NCBI GenBank assembly: GCA_030295235.1
Contig: AP026124.1
Coordinates: forward strand, 1,054,001-1,118,000
DNA length: 64,000 nt
Direction of reading: 5' to 3'
From: Fistulifera solaris
Taxonomy: Eukaryota
Shown here: positions 60,241 through 64,000 of the stretch, one piece after another
How the letters are laid out: each line of letters begins with the position of its first letter
How positions within the stretch are numbered: position 1 is the stretch's first letter
Notes under the pieces: generated by a model
Databases searched by the model: none
What the model was told of the DNA's origin: nothing
The model's input: the letters and a program-made list of their open reading frames with translations, nothing else
Position numbers and translations under genes: made by a program

Positions 60241-60300
60241 GCCAGAAATTTTGAGCGTGTGATATTTTACCTACCCAGAAAATCTGGAGGTACGATTTTC
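60241..60300. repeat. Two-unit relic of the 34-bp minisatellite
   Basis: CCAGAAATTTTGAGCGTGTGATATTTTAC followed by CCCAGAAAATCTGGAGG, spaced 33 bp apart. Confidence 0.65.
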
Positions 60301-60409
60301 TGTTATCGCAATAAATAAATACACACGGCAAACAACAATGAGCGTTCATGTCATAACTTGTATTGTCATAGATAATACGTAATATTCAAATCTTGTTACA
60401 GGATTATTC

Positions 60410-61778
60410 ATGAAAGACGCCGAACACGAAGGAGATGGTCAACCTTGGGTTTCGGGAGAAGGATATTCGCCTCTCGTCGGGTCGGATTTCAGCATGATGG
60501 CGATTGCGTATGGCGACGATGATTCGAGTGATTGTAGTCAGAACGACGACGAACCGGAAAAGAGGTTTGTCAAAACGAGCGATGACTTAGCGATAGAACA
60601 ATTTAGAGTGGGTGGCAGCAGGGATGATAATGAAATTGTTACAAGGAACTACGAGACACTGGCCGAGCAAGCGCTTGCTGCTCTCGAAGCAGACTATCTT
60701 GCCACCATACGGCTTGAAGGAGGTCTCAGAAACGGTACCGAAAGAGAAACAGACCATAGCTGTGCATATTTCTTTCAGCCTTCCATGACCGGGCACCTTT
60801 TTGAAGGAACGGAATCGCCATCCGATGAGACCTTTCCTCCACTTCGTACTACGCCCGACCTCTTCCCAAAGGAGGCAAAAATACGCGAGACGTCAGTCGA
60901 CCTGGAAAAAAGTCCGAAAAGCTGTCGATTCCATTAAGTTGAAGAATCCATCGCTGAAAGCAAATTTTGAAACATGGGATCTGGATCAAAGAGAAAAGGC
61001 TGCTCGCGAGTCCATTTCTCGAAAATCACATGCTTTAATACCAGATGGGCCACTCCGCGCGTTTCTCAAGGAAACCACCAAAGCCAAACAGATTACGCAT
61101 ACACTAAGCCGTTCCGCTACCATTGCAGAGGCATTGGTGCGCCTGAATGTCATCGGCGCAAAGGTCTTCGAAGACTTATGGTGCCTCAATGTGCACGTCA
61201 TCGGTTGCGATGAAGTCGAATGCAAAACGGACGATCGGATTCGATACTACTTTGAACCTCTCGTGCGGTGGATCGGTGCGCAACACAGAGGACCCACGAG
61301 TATGCACTTGAGTTTCGTGGGACCAGGAATAGTTGGACGTGATGGTTCTGCTGTGGTGAATATTTTATCGGGGTCCAACAGTCACCGCCTCCAAATAGCT
61401 CAAGCCAGTTGTCATAGTGCTTTGTACGAAGACTGGCTACCATCTCAAACGGACAAGCCAGATATCATCATTGCCTTCAATGCAGGAATTTGGGGATATA
61501 GTGATTGGTGTGCTACAATACGGACGATTGCGGAACGGACAGTGCAGGTTCCTTTTGTTGTCACGGCGTATACATTACAAGAAGCAGACGACGATTATGA
61601 TGTTATAGAAGGGGAAATTACCAAAGCACTGGCATGGTCAAAGGAAAAGATTGATCTCTGCTGTATATGGGAACCGGAGATCAACCCGTTCGCGAGCAAA
61701 ATAGACCGGCCAACTCAAAGTGCCCCGGCAGGAAGACGGTATCGAGAAAATCAGGCATGGCAAGCCTGGCGACTGTAG
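60410..61778 (+). CDS. MSS51/ZMYND15 C-terminal-like (methyltransferase-like fold) protein
   Basis: VHVIG...E, LSFVGP, PDIIIAFNAG.WGY.DW, VVTAYT..E, NPFAS. Frameshift at 60906-60911. Confidence 0.65.
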
Positions 61779-61874
61779 TTTAGTTTCTTGTGCATCAAAC
61801 AATCAAATTATAGATTATAGCTTCCATCATTCGTACCAACTCTACTACGCGCCAATTACAAAAATGATACCTTT

Positions 61875-62699
61875 CTAAACGACTTCCGTATCCACCATTT
61901 CGGTATTCGCTGACTTTGTAGGAGGACGATCAGCGACTTCCCCGCTAGATCTCCACCACGACAATGAAAAGATGGCATGATGTTCCTGTGATCGTGCGAC
62001 ATGCAATGTGTAAACACCGTAGAAGAATGCCAGTATGCCCGCAATGAATGCAATGAAAGGATCCATCCACCATGCTTCGGGTGAGCTGTCGATGATGAGT
62101 GTATTCAAGAACAAGGCGGCTGCCAAAATTGCACCAATCAACGAGCAGATTGCATCCTTATAAAGGGACTCTGAGTCCAGAGCCTTCGAATATCTGATTT
62201 TGATGAGAGCAATCGCTCCAAAGACAAGGATCGAAAAGAAACTAAGTACGAGGGCAGCTTCTTTTCCGTTTCTTCCTGTCGACCTTGCGCAAAATCATTG
62301 AGCGCGGCGATAATCACCTGAAGTCCTAAAAACACCAAAATGAAACTGATAGCAACGCTGGCACGAACTTCGCGGCCTTCCAATTTGGCTTTCACATCTT
62401 CATCCAGCTGATGCGGGGCAAAAAATCTCCACAAAACGATGGCATCGCTGAGGAAGTCTACGCAATTTTCGAGACCGAATGCTAGAGCTAAAGATAGATC
62501 TTGACGCTAATTTATGTAGAAATATCTGTGAGCAAAAACAAGGAAAAACTTGGAAGCGCTAAGAGCGTCGTCTTTTGACCGAACGTACCATCCAAATCGC
62601 GATTCCACCAAACGCCGTCAAGAAAGTAATCACCAAACAAGCCACCGCTAAGCGGTAAGCATCTTTAATGGTAGGATCGGACCAGCACTTCAATCCCAT
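61875..62699 (-). CDS. TMEM163: TMEM163-like cation (Zn) efflux family membrane protein
   Basis: FGLENCVDFLSDAIVLWRF, RE.RASVAI, SL.KDAICSL, WWMDP. Intron ~62507-62588; indels near 62200-62270. Confidence 0.65.
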
Positions 62700-63275
62700 C
62701 GTGCAAGTTGTTTAATTGAATAATACTCCTACCTTGTTTCTTCAGATTCTTATCCTGTTGCGCGCCTTGCACGATCTCCCCCCTTTTGCGTTTTGCGCCT
62801 TTTTCTCCTTAGTCCCCCTTACTATTAGTACAAACAGTACACTTTACACAATGTAGCATAGTCTTTCGTGACTCAACGGTCATTGTGGTTTTCTTGAATG
62901 ACGTCGGCCGTCGGCCGTGTTGAAAAAGAAACTATTTTGAGCCTTAATCGGGAAATCAGTATTTCGGCTGACTAGCAGACGGAATGATTGAGAGCCGCAA
63001 AGCGCGGGTGGACGAGAGAGAATGCGCCGCAGCCATTTTCTCGACCCCAAGCAAGGCAATACCCAAAAGCGAGACGGTCGTTTTTGGCGCGTTACAAACA
63101 ATAGCAATCGATCTCTTTTGCAACAACAAGAGGGCCTGGTCAGAGCTTTACGAGACGCAAAGCTTGCATTTTCTTTGATTGTTGATCCTGACAAACAGAG
63201 TCATCAAATCAAATAATTTCACGTCGATTGAAAGAGAATTCAAACCAAGACTACACATTTGCAAAACTCGAAAAC

Positions 63276-64000
63276 ATGGTTGTTTCTTCTACACTCGTCA
63301 ATGTCACGGAAGATGCCGAAATGCGCATTGTAGGTTTAATGGCGGACGCGGCTCCTTCCAATTTCTTGGGAAACTCGTTTCGCGACACTTGTTCGGCTAG
63401 TATTCACAATGGAGACGCATCGGGACTTTTACAAGCAGTAGTAGGAGATGCTGGAGCTGTGGCTTCCCTCATGATCTTGCAACCTGACGAAGCTACGGCC
63501 GCCATGTCGATTTTAGCGGCACTTTTGAACCGCGTGGCGGAGAAGAATCAGCAGTCGCAGCTCGCAACAGCACTGGCTAGTGCTATTCGTCAGTCGGGAA
63601 CGGAAGCGGATGATGCCACGCTCAAACGAAAGATGTTACTTCTATCGATCCTTTTCAACATGAGAGAAGAACCGGTGGGGAAAGTTGCGCTACTTGACAT
63701 TTTGATGTTATTGGCGGGTAGTAATGCTGCGGAACTCTTGTCACCTGATTCGACGTTGGGGAGCTTGTTGGCGGAACCAACACGCTCGGGCGGAGTACTT
63801 GCCTCGGGAAGCAACGGAACATCTTCCGACCGAAGTAGCGCGGCCACTTTAGTAGCCGTCAATTCTTCTTCACTGCCACGTCTGGCTGTCATGTTAGATG
63901 CGTGGAAAACTCCATTGCCAGCGCGTCAGGGCTTGTATAGAACGGTGGTTTCCGTATTGCCAAGCACGGATGTACGAAAACAACGTTTCCTTCTTCTTTT
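63276..64000 (+). CDS. EIF3M: Translation initiation factor 3 subunit M-like (partial, runs off window)
   Basis: Open from ATG 63276 to the window end: MVVSSTLVNVTEDAEMRIV...KMLLLSILFNM...MLDAW....RQGLY; all-helical. Confidence 0.55.
   Translation, partial: MVVSSTLVNVTEDAEMRIVGLMADAAPSNFLGNSFRDTCSASIHNGDASGLLQAVVGDAGAVASLMILQPDEATAAMSILAALLNRVAEKNQQSQLATALASAIRQSGTEADDATLKRKMLLLSILFNMREEPVGKVALLDILMLLAGSNAAELLSPDSTLGSLLAEPTRSGGVLASGSNGTSSDRSSAATLVAVNSSSLPRLAVMLDAWKTPLPARQGLYRTVVSVLPSTDVRKQRFLLL

Noticed and set aside
13946..61778. Methyltransferase or replication gene cluster (METTL, RsmE, TrmB-like, TRM61, SpoU; MCM5, MCM10)
   Set aside because: The folds and compartments are unrelated and the genes are interspersed with others, consistent with chance in a compact genome.

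Overview
Gene-dense eukaryotic nuclear DNA with short GT-AG introns. Gene content points to a pennate diatom: a DUF6824 protein, bipartite plastid-targeting presequences, and a family resembling the expanded hypothetical proteins I recall from Fistulifera. The organism is inferred, not proven. About 33 protein-coding loci are recognisable, including PP2A catalytic subunit, Nup88-like, RPL13A, proC, hisG, organellar bL25, MCM10, gcvH, rsmE, a GPx-like protein, INTS6 with a WW domain, TRM61, a tandem-domain plastid ArsA/GET3, MCM5, SpoU, SfsA, EXO84, NECAP, a nodulin-like MFS transporter, TMEM163-like and a partial eIF3M, plus two probable pseudogenes. Many genes are split by single-base indels in homopolymer runs, most likely long-read assembly errors. 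The most notable non-coding structure is (i) a ~220-bp dispersed and tandem repeat family whose best-conserved part is a 24-bp hairpin core that also occurs alone near gene starts, (ii) a 34/68-bp higher-order palindromic minisatellite between divergent genes, with a relic copy beside the 220-bp array 40 kb away, and (iii) a recurrent intergenic palindrome, TACC(W)GGTA. I found no tRNA, rRNA, CRISPR or transposase gene.
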